In this document: one piece after another, positions 9,789 to 22,955 of the stretch
How the letters are laid out: each line of letters begins with the position of its first letter
Position numbering within the stretch: position 1 is the stretch's first letter
Assembly: GCA_963810095.1 (NCBI GenBank)
Contig: CAWEMM010000006.1
Span: 1,344,001-1,408,000 of the forward strand
Origin: an uncultured Chloroflexia bacterium
GTDB taxonomy: Bacteria; Chloroflexota; Anaerolineae; CG2-30-64-16
Reading direction: 5' to 3'
Length of the DNA: 64,000 bases
Program-made: the position numbers and the translations under genes
Notes under the pieces: generated by a model
The model's database searches: none
What the model saw: only the letters and a program-made list of their open reading frames with translations
What the model was told of the DNA's origin: nothing

Positions 9789-10913
9789 TCAAAGCTCCGG
9801 CTTTTTCGAAACCACAGAGCTCTCGCCTAACAGGGCCCCAACAATCGTGTCGATGTTGTGCCGCACCATCCCGATATAGGTCCCCTCGGGCGTGCCTGCA
9901 CTGCCCATCGCGTCCGAGAACAACTCTCCGCCCACTTCGATGTCCCAGCCGCGTGACCGCACCGCAGCCTGCACCGCCTCGATGTTCCGCACGGGGACGG
10001 ACGACTCGATGAAAAGCGCCCGGATCTTGCGCTGCGCCAGGAAGTCGGCGAGTCCGCGCACGTCGGACGCGCCCGCCTCTGCGGCCGTGCTAATCCCTTG
10101 CAGCCCGCGCACCTCGAACCCGTACGCCCGGCCAAAGTAATTGAAGGCATCGTGAGCTGTAACCAGCACCCGCTGCTCGGGCGGCACCCGCTCGGCCTGC
10201 GCCTTGACATACCGGTGCAGATCCTCCAACTCGGCCAGGTACGCGGCGGCATTCGCCCGGTACGCTTCCGCGCTGCCAGGGTCCATCTCGACCAGCGCGT
10301 CGCGCACCCGCTCCACCGCCTTCATCCACAACGTCACGTCGAACCACACGTGTGGATCGTACTGCCCTTCAAACTGGGCCGGCTTCAGCAGCACGCCGCG
10401 ATCGATGTCGTCTGTGACGGCCACGGTCTTGATGCGCTCGCCCAGCCGCTCCAGGACTTCGGCCAGCTTCGCCTCCAGGTGCAGCCCGCCGTAGAAGATC
10501 ACGTCCGCCGTCCCCAGCCGGAGCACGTCGCCCTCGCTCGCCTTGTAGAGGTGCGGGTCGACTCCGGGGCCCATCAGCCCGGTCACCTGGACGCGGTCGC
10601 CGCCCACCTCGCGCACGATGTCCGTGATCATGCCGACCGTGGTCACCACCCGGATCGGACGGCCGGCCAGGTCGCCGGTTTGGGCCTGAGCGGGCGCGAC
10701 GCAGCCCGTGAGCAGCACGACGAGCAGCAGCAGCGCCGGCGCCGCAGCCCATCGGGAGCCGGACACCCTTCGACGGCGCACCATAAGTGGCGTTCCGCCC
10801 AGGATGCCTATCGCTGCTCCGAGGCCGGCCGCGCCCATGCCCGAACCGCCCAGAACGCCCCGCTCCGCTGCACGCAGGCGAAGGATGCGAATGCCCTGCC
10901 TGAATCCTCTCAT
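9789..10913 (-). CDS. mntA: Mn/Fe/Zn ABC substrate-binding lipoprotein (TroA/MntA); start uncertain
   Basis: Lipobox LTGC, GVDPHLYKAS, YDPHVWFD, TAHDAFNYFG and ELFSDAMG motifs. Confidence 0.9.
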   Translation of the reverse strand: MRGFRQGIRILRLRAAERGVLGGSGMGAAGLGAAIGILGGTPLMVRRRRVSGSRWAAAPALLLLVVLLTGCVAPAQAQTGDLAGRPIRVVTTVGMITDIVREVGGDRVQVTGLMGPGVDPHLYKASEGDVLRLGTADVIFYGGLHLEAKLAEVLERLGERIKTVAVTDDIDRGVLLKPAQFEGQYDPHVWFDVTLWMKAVERVRDALVEMDPGSAEAYRANAAAYLAELEDLHRYVKAQAERVPPEQRVLVTAHDAFNYFGRAYGFEVRGLQGISTAAEAGASDVRGLADFLAQRKIRALFIESSVPVRNIEAVQAAVRSRGWDIEVGGELFSDAMGSAGTPEGTYIGMVRHNIDTIVGALLGESSVVSKKPEL

Positions 10914-11614
10914 GCTGCCCCCACCTGTTCGTGCACGTCGACGACGAAGACCTGTTCGGCGGCCCGCCGTCCGATCACGCTGCGATTCCCGCGAATGTCG
11001 ATCGTGACCGGACCGTCAAACGGGGCAACGTCGACCACCAGAACCACCGCATCGGGGTAGACCCCGAGCGCGCCGAGGTAGCGCAGAAATTCGCCGTCTT
11101 CATTGCCAACCCGCGCAATGGTCCCAGCCTCATTGGCCCGCAGCCGTGTGAGTGGCGTGTCCATGAGCGGGCGGACTTGCCCCGCAGTCGACGGGATGGG
11201 CTCGCCGTGCGGATCGGTCAGCGGGCTGCCCAGCGCCTGGTCGATGGCCGCAGTCACCCGCTCGGACAGCACGTGCTCCCACTCTTCGGCCTCCACATGG
11301 ACCTGGTCCCACGAGAGTCCCAACACGTCCTGCAGGTAACGCTCGGCCAGCCGGTGCCGCCGCACGACCGCCAATGCGATGCGCCGGCCCGCCTCGGTCA
11401 GCATCGCCCCCTGGTATGGCGTGTAGGTCACTAACTTCTCGGCCGCCAGCTTCTTCACCATCGCGGTGACCGAGGCCGCGGCGACGCCCAGCCGTTCTGC
11501 CACGTCGTTTGTGCTTACGCCGTGACCGGCAGCACGCTCGCCGTTCGCAATCACCCGCTCGGCCTCGAGCTGGTAGATCGTTTTGAGGTAATCTTCCGTC
11601 GTCTTCTTGTTCAT
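10910..11614 (-). CDS. DtxR/MntR/TroR metal-dependent repressor with FeoA domain
   Basis: TEDYLKTIY, RRHRLAE, EAEEWEH and DPHGEPIP motifs, plus a C-terminal FeoA-like domain. Confidence 0.92.
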   Translation of the reverse strand: MNKKTTEDYLKTIYQLEAERVIANGERAAGHGVSTNDVAERLGVAAASVTAMVKKLAAEKLVTYTPYQGAMLTEAGRRIALAVVRRHRLAERYLQDVLGLSWDQVHVEAEEWEHVLSERVTAAIDQALGSPLTDPHGEPIPSTAGQVRPLMDTPLTRLRANEAGTIARVGNEDGEFLRYLGALGVYPDAVVLVVDVAPFDGPVTIDIRGNRSVIGRRAAEQVFVVDVHEQVGAA

Positions 11615-11651
11615 AGTTGCACCTAAATCTATTTTTAGTCATATCTAAAAA
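11614..11651 (-). promoter_or_regulatory. tandem DtxR/MntR-type operators (autoregulation)
   Basis: Minus strand TTTTAGATATGACTAAAA and TTTAGGTGCAACTA abut the repressor start codon. Both are TTAG-N6-7-CTA(A) palindromes. Confidence 0.7.
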
Positions 11652-11831
11652 TTCCACCGTAGCAATGGCTACAGTTCGGTCGGCGGAGTCGCTCACTGTA
11701 AGCCAGACGCCTAGCCGATTAAGATAATGTCTGCTATACTAAGGTGGTCTGAGAACATAGCTTGAAGTGCGCGGGTGACGAACGCCGGGCTTCTCGCTGT
11801 CCCTGTGTCTCCCGTTTGGAGGTAGTCCATC

Positions 11832-13773
<1,942 letters not shown>

Positions 13774-13795
13774 TCTGAGCGATAGCTATGAGCAT

Positions 13796-13828
13796 AGAAA
13801 CCAGGTTTCTCAAAGAACCCTGGTCTCT
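13796..13828. repeat. REP-like palindrome, family C (AGAAACCAGGTTTCT x2)
   Basis: Second copy at 33445-33477 (AGAAGCCAGGTTTCT..AGAAACCTGGTTTCT). Both lie just downstream of genes. Confidence 0.65.
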
Positions 13829-13871
13829 TTTGCAATCGCGACAGGATCCCCTTCGTTGCTTAGGAGCAAGC

Positions 13872-14276
13872 ATGGCTGAAACCACTCAATTCCCCGCCGG
13901 CCTCGCCGGCGAAGCCACCGTCGTCGTCATCCCCGAGGTCACCGCCCGCCACATGGGCAGCGGGACGGTCGCCGTCTTCGCCACGCCCGAGATGGTGCGC
14001 CTGATGGAGCGGGCCGCAGTCAACGGCCTGGCCCCCTACCTGGCGCCCGGCCAGCAGTCCGTCGGCACGATGGTCAACGTCAAGCACCTGGCCGCGACGC
14101 CTCTCGGTGCAACCGTCACGGCCCGCGCAGAATTGCTCTCAGTCGACGGCCGGCGGCTGCTCTTCAAGGTCTCTGCGCATGATGGCACCGACCTGATCGG
14201 CGAGGGCACGCACGAGCGCGCACTGATCGACCTGGCCAAGTTCGAGCAGCGGGTGGCGGCGAAGGCGAAGGGCTAA
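13872..14276 (+). CDS. FlK-like hotdog-fold thioesterase
   Basis: GSGTVAVFATPEMVRLME, SVGTMVNVKHLAATPLG and IGEGTHER motifs; AGGAG RBS. Confidence 0.88.
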   Translation: MAETTQFPAGLAGEATVVVIPEVTARHMGSGTVAVFATPEMVRLMERAAVNGLAPYLAPGQQSVGTMVNVKHLAATPLGATVTARAELLSVDGRRLLFKVSAHDGTDLIGEGTHERALIDLAKFEQRVAAKAKG

Positions 14277-14308
14277 CGGAGCGGTCCGCACGGTTCACCG
14301 GCCGGCGC

Positions 14309-16676
14309 CTAGAGTAATCCCCCTGAATAGACCAGCGCGAAATCCTGGGGCCCGCGCGGCACGTTGAACGCCCGCACCCGGATGCTATACCGCCCCAATT
14401 CGGGCTGCGCCGATCACCAGCCGCTCCACGTTGTTCACCCGGTCGGGCGATCCGCCCGGCTGCCCGTTCCGGCTGTTCCCGTAGTACAGCGCGCCCGATG
14501 GGCTCGTGACGACCAGGTCCAGGTCGTTCACCAGGTTCGGATAGATGCTCGGGCTGCCGGGGTAGTCGGTCCAGGCGAGGGTGAAGGCTAACGGCACGCT
14601 CGCATCGTTCACCGTGCACGCCCAGCGCCAGCTTTGCCCCGTGTTCAGCCCGCTCCGCTGGTCGTACCACCGCACGTCGGTCGGGCTCGGCGGCGTCAGG
14701 CTCTCGCACAGGTCGATATGCCCCCACCCCTGCGCCCAGTCGTACAGCCCCGGCCCGGCAGGCTCGAAGCGATAGCGGCGAAAGCCGGCCCCGTGGATCA
14801 AAGCGGCCTTGACGAGCGCGGCCGACGGGTTGAGGCGGCGCTTCACCGTCCGAAAGTACTGGCGCACCAGCGCGGCCGCACCGGCCGCCAGCGGCGTCGC
14901 CATGCTCGTCCCGCCGTTGTACATATACCGGTCGCTTCCCGCATATGGCCCCCAGCCGGGCGTCCCTGCCCCCGCCCAGGCAGCCGAGCGGGTCGAGAGA
15001 ATGTTGGTGCCGGGCGCCAACAAGTCCGGCTTGACCCGGCCATCGCGCGTCGGCCCCCGGCTGGAGAACGCCGCGATGTCGTTGCCGTCATTTGATGGCA
15101 GGTCGGCGCTGAGCGGAGGCGTGGCATAGTTGTCGGGCCACAAGCTGCCCCACGCCCGCTGGTACCCCCCCTGTGAGCGGACAGACTCGGCCGCGCCGAC
15201 CGTGATGCAGTTCTTGGCTGTCCCTGGTGGCGTGACACTGCCGGAATCCACGATGCCGTCGCGGTTGCCGTCCGTCCCGTCGTTCCCGGCCGCAACCAGC
15301 ACCAGGAAATCCTTGTGTTCCCACATGAACCGGTCGACTGCCTCCGCGAAGTCGTCGTATGCGCCGAACGAACCGCCGCCCCAACTGTTGCTGTGGATCC
15401 GCACGCCCACGTCGTAAGCCTGCTGAAACACCAGCTTGAGGTCTGCCGGCAGCCCCGCGAGGCCATAGTTGGGCGGATAGCGGCGATACTGGTTGAAGTA
15501 GGACTGCCGGTACGCGTCCGTCCACTTGAGTTCTTGCTCGATGGCCTGGAACACGAGCGTGGCCTCGTAGGCCAGCCCCCGGCACACTGCTCCCTGCTCG
15601 CCAAGGGTCTTCCAGACTGTGCCGTTGCCCAGGATCGAACCGGCGACATGCGTGCCGTGGCCGGAGCGAGTATCGGATGGCCCATCGTCGGCGCCCACGT
15701 TGGTCACCATCGATGACCAACCCGTCGCCACGGGCCAGCTATAGAGGTTGGCGATCCGGCCCGCAAAGTCCGGATGGATCGTCGCCGGCACGCCGCTGTC
15801 CAGCCCCGAATCCGCCATCCCCACGATCTCGCCCCGGCCGCTAAGGTTTAACCCCGAGGGGTCTTGTACCTCCTGCGCACCCATCAGCCCCGGTGCGATG
15901 TTGTTGCGCAACTGCCGCAGAACGTACGGTTCGACTGCCCGCACCCCGTGCAGCGCGGCCAACTGCGCAACCCGTCCAGCCAAGTTCTCCGCCTGAGGAT
16001 CGAAAGTCACGGTAATGACGTTCGCGCCGGGCGTTGGCTCGCTGGTATTCCCGCCGAGATCCTCGATCGGCCGGAGCGCGGCCGCCAGGTCGTCCGGCTG
16101 GAAGAACCGAACGGTGAAGGCGTTGGGCACCCGCTCGACGCCCGGCGGCACACGCGCATCGAACGCCGGCTCGCGGCGCATGATGCCCCGCGCGATCACC
16201 GGGCTGTCTCCCAGCCCTTCTGCCACGTCCGGACTGATACGCAGGTCTACGCCGTAGTGCCGGACTTCGTCGACATAAGGCGCCTGCCGCACAAACGCAT
16301 ATGCCGCGTCGTCGAGCGCGATCACATAGCCGTAAGGTGGCTCAGGCTCTTGGGGCCGGCCGCCGTGCTGGCCGATCTCCGCCAGCCACTCTGGCTTAAT
16401 GGGGCCTGCGAAGTTAACGAGGTAGTAGTGGTGGCCCGGCCCGAGGCTGTCCGGTTCCGGGGTGCTGCGGGGCGTCGCTTCGTCAAGGGCAAAGCCCGAA
16501 GCCGGTTCGGCGCGGTAGATCTCGACTTCATACCCGCGCCCGCGGAGTTGATCCACCTGTTGGTCGCTGGCGCGGGTCAACACATAGTCTTCATACTCCG
16601 CAAGGAACTGGAAGCCCTCGCGGACCAGGCGGCTGCGTGCGCGCCGCGTCGCGTAAATGAGGACCGTTTGGCTCAT
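14309..16676 (-). CDS. S8 subtilase (KP-43-like) with long prodomain; frameshift near 14410
   Basis: Catalytic triad motifs ADSGLD, HGTHVAGS and GTSMATP, plus AAGNDG and TAKNCITVGA. The corrected tail ends NVPRGPQDFALVYSG. No evident signal peptide. Confidence 0.9.
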
Positions 16677-16727
16677 GCTTCCCTCCGCGCCCGGCAGAGC
16701 ACTGGCGAAGGCCGGCCGGGCAAGGGC

Positions 16728-16736
16728 ATTATAGCA
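16728..16736 (-). promoter_or_regulatory. extended -10 promoter (TGCTATAAT) for the S8 gene, overlapping the CHAT stop codon
   Basis: Exact TGnTATAAT about 50 nt upstream of the S8 start. Confidence 0.5.
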
Positions 16737-19700
16737 CCCGGCCGCGCCGCCGCAGCAAGAGGATTCCACCTGCGGCCAGCAGGATGAGGAGGCCGGCCAG
16801 CCCGGCCGCGGCCGGTGGGACCCACTGGGCGCCAAGGACCCTGCTTCGCTGCGTGCTCGTCACGCCGGGGTCGCCGCTGAGGACGAAGGCGGCCCAGTAG
16901 TAGGGCGCCCGCCACTCCGGGTGGGCCGGATCGTCGCGAACGGCCGACTGGGCTGCAGCCAGCGCTTGCGCCTTGCCCACGCCCTTCGCGAGGTTCGCGT
17001 AAAAGGCGCCCATCAGGGCGGAGGTCGCGGCGTCGTCCACGCTCCAGAGGCTGGCGACGACCGAGCGCGCGCCCGCATAAAGGAACGCCCGGCTCAACCC
17101 GGTCACGTCGTCGCCCGCATTCAGCTGGCCCAGGTCCGTCTGACACGCGCTCAGCGTGATCAAGTCGGCTTCCTGCAAGTCGAGGCCGTAAACCTCGTGC
17201 ACTTCGAGCGACCCGTCGTTTCCTTCGCCGGGCGCCAGCAGCAGGCGTGAGAAGAGCGGCGCAGTGCTGTTGAGCTGCCCGTGGGCCGCGAGATGGATGA
17301 TCCCGCGACCCGGCGCCCCGGAACGCAGCGCAGTCTCGCTGGCATTTTCGCCCAGCAGCGGCTGTGTGCCCAGCGCGGCGGCCGCCGCCGCGGCCTCGGC
17401 ATCGGCCGCCTGCAGCGGCGCCAACCCTACGGGGCTGGCGTAGGCCATGACCAACGCATCCTGCGCCTGGGCTCGGGCCCTTTCCAGGGGCAAATAGGGC
17501 AGCGCGCCGACGCTGGGCAGCGAAAACAGGAGGAAGCGGCTGCCGAAATAGGCCGGCTCGCCGGGATCGGTGGCCGGTCGGGGGCCCTGCGTCCCTTGTG
17601 AAGGCCAGGCGAGTGCGGCGAAGGGCAGGTAGTGCAACGGGCCGTGAGGCACGACGCCGACAACCGGCGTGTCCAGATACGGCGCCACGGGCGCAAGCAG
17701 CCGTTCGGCGAGCCAGGCGCCCGAGGCGGGCGCCTGGCTCTGCGTATCTGTAAGGCCCCCACGGAAGGCCGCCACCTGCTCCCACACCTGCCCCGCCGGA
17801 GCCTGGAGCGTGACAGTCTGGAAACTACTCGCCCGGATCACGAATGCGAAGGAAGACTCCAGCCCAATGAAATAATCCACGAGTGTGATGTCGGGTGGCA
17901 GCAGGGCCTGGATCTGATCGAGCGTGGCTGGCTCCGCGCTCACCATCGCCGCATACTGCGGGTTGCGACTCTTGATGTCGGCCAGGAGCGCATCGTACTC
18001 CGCCTGGCGCGTGCTCAGGTCCTGGCCGAGCGCCTGGACCCGTTCTGCACTGCGCCGCGCCGATGGCTTCACCGCGTTCCTCGCGCACCTCCTGGTCCAG
18101 GCGACTGATCTCGGCCCGCAGGGCCTGCTCGCGCGCCAACAGCGCGGGCTCAACCCCTGCCGCTTGCTCCAACCGCCCCGCGTTAAGTTGGTCGAGAAGC
18201 TGCCGGCTGCGCGCCCGTTCGGTAAATGCGAACGCCTCTTCCCCCCGGCCCAGCTTCAGCGCCAGCATGGCGGCTGCGTCGTAGACGGCGCTGGCGCCCT
18301 GGGTGAGCCCCACGCGCAGCACTTCGCCCGGAGCCTGGCCCCGCAGTCGCTCGCGCAGCGTGAGCGAGCGGCGGTACGCGTCGAGCGCATCGGCATCGCG
18401 ACCCAGCTGTTCCAGCAGGTAGGCTTTATTTGACAAGGCCGTCGCCTGGCCGGCCACTTCGCCAATCTGCTCATAGAGCGCCAGGGCCCGGTCGAGATCT
18501 GGCAGGCCGTCGGCGGGCGCCGACAGGGCGGCCCGCATCAGCCCTAAGCCGTTCAAGGCGCTGGCTTCCCCGGCTTGGTCACCCAGCTCGCGAAAACCTT
18601 CGAGCGCAGCCTGGTACGTCTCGTACGCCTCCTGATTACGGCCCATTTCGCTCAAAACTGTGGCCACGTGGTTCTGCCAGGTCGCCGCAGCCCCCGGATC
18701 GGTTGCCTCGGCCGCGATCGCTGCCGCCTGGCGATAGCCGGCGAGCGCGGCCCCGTAATCGCTCCGTTCATAATCGAGGGCGGCCAGGTCGCCGAGCACC
18801 ATCCCCTCGCCGGCGCGATCGCCGATCCGCCGCCGCAGGGCCAACGCCTCTTCGTAGCTCTTGTGGGCTTCGTCCAGCCGGCCAAGCGTCATGTACAACG
18901 TTGCCAGGTTGCTCAGGCCCACCGCCTGCGGCTGGAGCATGCCCCGCTCCCGGAAAACCTCGAGCGCAGCCTGGTAGCCTTCCAATGCCTCCCGATATCG
19001 CCCCTGCGCCACGTCCTGTCCGGCCAGGTTCTCGACCACTGCGGCCTCGCCGGCCGCGTCGCCCAGCCGCCGGTGAATGGCGAGGGCCTGATCGTAGAGG
19101 GGCCGCGCTTCTTCGTAGCGCCCCTGGCTGTCGAAGTTCTGCGCCAGGTTGTTCAGCGTGACAGCTTCGTCTGCGACCGAGCCGGCCTTCCGGAACAGGA
19201 CCAGGGCCTCCTGGTAGAAGGCGGCAGCCTCGTCGTACTTCCCCCGGTGATTCGACACGCCGCCCTGGTTGTTGCGCACGGTCGCTTCGAGCTTGGGTGC
19301 CCCAAGCGTCTTCGCCGTCTGCAACGCCGCTTGCAGCGCGGCTTCTGCATCTGCACGCCGGCCGAGAAGGTCATAAACCAAGCCCAGGTCGTTGTTGATA
19401 CGCGCCAGTTGCTCGGCATCGCCCAGTTCGTCCGCAATGGCTCGGGCCGCCTCATAGCGCTCCACAGCCTCGCGGCTCCGGCCCAGCTCCTCCAGCGTCG
19501 CGCCCAGCTGCCTCAGCGCCAACGCCTCGCGCGTGCGGTTCCCCGCCGACCGTTCAAGCGCCAGGGCCTGCTCCTGGGGCTTCAGCGCCTCTGCCCAGCG
19601 TCCCAAGTCATAGAGCGCAAGCCCGGCATCCAAGCGGGCCAGTGATTCGCCGGCAGAGTCGCCGCGTTCCTGAGCAATCGCCGCCGCAGCCTCGAAGTCC

Positions 19701-20530
19701 GCGAGCGCCGCCTCGTACTGCAGGAGTGCGGATTTGGCGCCGCCCATCCCCTCCAGTGCCAACTGCTGCCACATCCGGTCGCCAAGCGCCACGGCCAGGT
19801 CGCGACTCCTTGTGTAGGCCGCCAGCGCCATTTCGTGCTGGTCGAGCGCGTTGTACACGTTCGCCAGACCCGCGTGGAGCATCAACTCGGCCCGCTGGTC
19901 CTTCAGCCCAACGGCGATGGTCAGGCCGGCCTGGAATCTCTCAATCGCTTCATCGTACCGGCCAAGCGCGTGCAAGGTAACGCCCGCGGAATTAATGGCC
20001 GAGACGGCCGAGCGCTTGGAAGCGGCATCCGTATTAGCCATGAAGAGCGTGGTCGCCTCGCCGTAGGCCGAAAGCCCGTCCTCGCGCGCACCGAGCAAGA
20101 CCCGGCAGTCGCCAATGCCCAGCCAAAGACTCCCTTCGACGACCTGATTCCGGAGGGGGCGCACTGTGTCGAGCGCCGCCTGGTACTCGGGCAGCGCGTC
20201 GGCGCAGCGGCCGAGCTTCCGGAGGTACAGCGCCAGGAAGAAGTGCGCGCCCACCTCGCCGTCGGGGTTGTCTCCCTGCTGATACAGCGCAATCGCCTGT
20301 TTGAACCGGACGAGCGCGGCGTCGACGTCACCGGCGTCCGCGAGCCGTTGGGCTTCGGTCAACGCGACGGCGGCGGCATCCGCTGCGGGCTCCGCAGCGG
20401 ATGCCGCCGCCGTCGCAATAGGAGCGGGGGTGGGGGTCTGGGCGGCCGCGGGGGCCTGTGTGACGAGTGCGATGAGCAGGACGGCCGCCAGGCCCAGCGC
20501 CAAGAGGAAGGTGTGGGGGAGTCGCAGCAT
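16729..20530 (-). CDS. exported TPR-repeat + CHAT (caspase-like) protease with C-terminal membrane anchor (frameshift near 18060)
   Basis: Signal peptide MLRLPHTFLLALGLAAVLLIAL, a long TPR array, CHAT motifs VPHGPLHYLPF, IHLAAHG, LSACQT, SLWSVDD and PYYWAAF, and a TM+RRR tail. Confidence 0.88.
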
Positions 20531-20537
20531 GGTTTGC

Positions 20538-21623
20538 CTACTTCGTCGCGGCGTCGATCTCCGCCACCGACTTCTGGTCGCCCAACTGCTCGTAGAGGCT
20601 GCGAGCCTGCTGGTAGAACGTCTTCGCTTCCGCCGTGTTACCGATCGCACCGTATACCCTGCCCAACCCGCGATTCGCCAACGCGGCCCCCTCCCGATCG
20701 CCCGCGGCGGTCGACGCCTCGAGCGCCCCGGCATACGCCGTTTCCGCCTCGCGCGTCAGCCCCACCGCCAGCGCAATGTCGCCCGCAAGCCGTGCCAGCG
20801 CCGGCTGGGTAGGCGCCTCCGCCCCGCCCAGCCGCTGCAGCGCCTCCGCATACAGCCGCCGCCCCGCATACAGGTTGGCCACCAGCAGCCGGGTCGCCTC
20901 GTCGCTCAGACCCAGGGCGCCCACCCGGGCCTCCTCGGCGCGCACGTCCTGCGCCTCATCCGCAGCCAGCAGGGAGAAACCGAGATCCGGCCCTGCTTCC
21001 TCCCGGGAACTTCGTCCCCCCGCCTCGACCACCAGCCGGTAGCTCTTGCCAGGCTCCAGCGCCGGCGCATCCGCCGGATAAGCCAGCTCCGTTGCGCCGG
21101 CCACTTCGGTCTGCCACGTCGTGCCCTCGATGCTCACCTTGTAGCTCGTCGCACCCGGGACCGCCGTCCACTGGAGGAGCGGCCGGCCGCTCAACAGCCG
21201 CGTCTTGCGCGGCGCCACCACAACGGGGTAGTCACCCGTGCCCTGGTCGCCCGCGCGTCGGCAGCACCAGTGCGCCCTCGAACACCAACGGCGTCTCCTG
21301 TGCCGACGGGCACGGGTAGCCCTTCACCCCGCCGCTAAGTTCCTCCAAGCTGAGGTCCGAGCACGCCACCACAGCCCGGCCGGCGCCGCCGACCTTCACC
21401 AGGTCTCCCCGGCGCACCGCGGCGCCAAAAGCTGCGGGCGCATAATCCTGCCAGCCCTGGCGCTTGAGCGCGGCATCCCCCGTTACGTCGACGATCAGGG
21501 CGGCCCACGCCGGAGTTGGGGCCGCCGCGGTCGAGGGGCCGGGGCAGCGCCGCAGCCCGCCAACACGACGAGCGCCGCGGCGCAGCAAAACCATCGTCCG
21601 AAGACCATCACCCGTCGCTTCAC
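20538..21623 (-). CDS. lipoprotein with beta-rich domains and C-terminal TPR (frameshifts near 21537 and 21240)
   Basis: GTG overlaps the upstream TGA. Lipobox LAGC, then LPTRG, APRKTRLLSGRPLLQWTAVPGATSYKV and TPR helices. Confidence 0.7.
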
Positions 21624-22899
21624 TTTGCAGAGCCTCCAGCTAAACGCTCCTGCGCCAGGGCCGCCCAGCCCGGCTCGACGTCGAAGTCACGCGCATAGGC
21701 CACGCACTGCTCCCAGGAAGCTTGCGCCGCCTGGCCCAGCATCTCCTGCACCTGCGCCAGCAGGCAGTGGGCCGCCCCACCGTCTGGCTTGAGGTCCATG
21801 GCCGCCCGCAAGTCACGCTCCGCAAGACGCGGCAGCATCAAGGACAGGTAGGCCCAGCCCCGGTTCTTGAGCAGCCCGTACCGCGTCAGAGCGTCGATCG
21901 ACTTGCTCTCCAAGGCGGTGTCCAGCAGCTTTACCGCCGAGCCGGGCTCCTGCTTGTGCAGTAGATAAAGCCGCGCCAGGTTGTTGTAGAGGAAGAAGTA
22001 GCGCCCGTCGGCGTGCTGCTGGCTCAGACCCAGCGTGTACTCCCGGATGGCCGCGTCGTAGTCGAGGCCTTCCTCATACACGTTGCCCAGGTTATAGTGC
22101 ACGACGCTTTGATCGGGGTCGATGGCGAGAGCCCGCTCGAAGGTCACGGCTGCTTGGGCCAGCCGGCCGGCTTCGAACGCCGCGATACCCCGGTTATTGT
22201 AGTAACGGGCCACAAGCGGCGGCAGCAGCCGGCTCAGGGCGAAGAGCACAAGCAGTGCGGTCACGGCCAGTGCCAGCCGCGCCCACTGCTCGCGACCCCG
22301 CCGAACGCCAAGCCGCGGGAATACCCGGTCGATGCCGCGCTGGAACAGCTTGAAGAAGTCGTCGGCAATCTCCGAGTCCAACCCGAACGTGTCCGCGACC
22401 CGGCCGATCAGGCGCCGCCCGCGCACGGTCAGCGCGTTCGCGGCGAAGAGCACCAGGACGATCAGGATGAGGGTGACGAATACGCCCAGGAAGTCGACGC
22501 CGGGCGCCAGAAATCGCCGGGCCATGTCGGCAGTCAGCGCCACCGCCGCCGCAATAACCAGCGTGGTGATAATCGTCCAAAGCAGGTCGACTGTGGTTTC
22601 GCCGGCAGGGGTCGGCGGCCACCACCACGCCGTAGGCGGGGGCAGTCGAGCGTCGCGCCAATCGGGCACTTCTGCCGCAGCGGCCGCATGCACGTGCGGC
22701 AGCACCGCCCGCAGCCGCGTATCCAGAGCGGTCGCCTGGGCGATCGCCGCAGCGGTAGGTGTCTCGAGGTGCTCGAAGGCGTAAGCGACATTATCGCGCG
22801 CGGCGAGAAGTTGGAGTGCGTCCTGCGGAGCGTGTGGGCCGCGCCCCATGCCTCGAGGCAGCTTGCATAGTTTGCCAGGGCTTCTGTGTGGTCGTTCAC
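21620..22899 (-). CDS. membrane protein with three TM helices and C-terminal TPR domain (5' end uncertain, possible frameshift near 22830)
   Basis: LLAARD and WWW motifs, TM segments, YYNNRG..YNLGNVYE..YNNLARL TPRs. TGCTATACT promoter at 22909-22917. Confidence 0.75.
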
Positions 22900-22955
22900 T
22901 GCAAGGCGAGTATAGCACGATGGTTTGCCCTGACAACGCGTGGTAGAATTGCCTT

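Noticed and set aside
16729-20530. TPR-CHAT as part of a type III-E CRISPR (Craspase) system
   Set aside because: No Cas7-11, Csx30/31 or array is in the window, and the protein appears exported and membrane-anchored.
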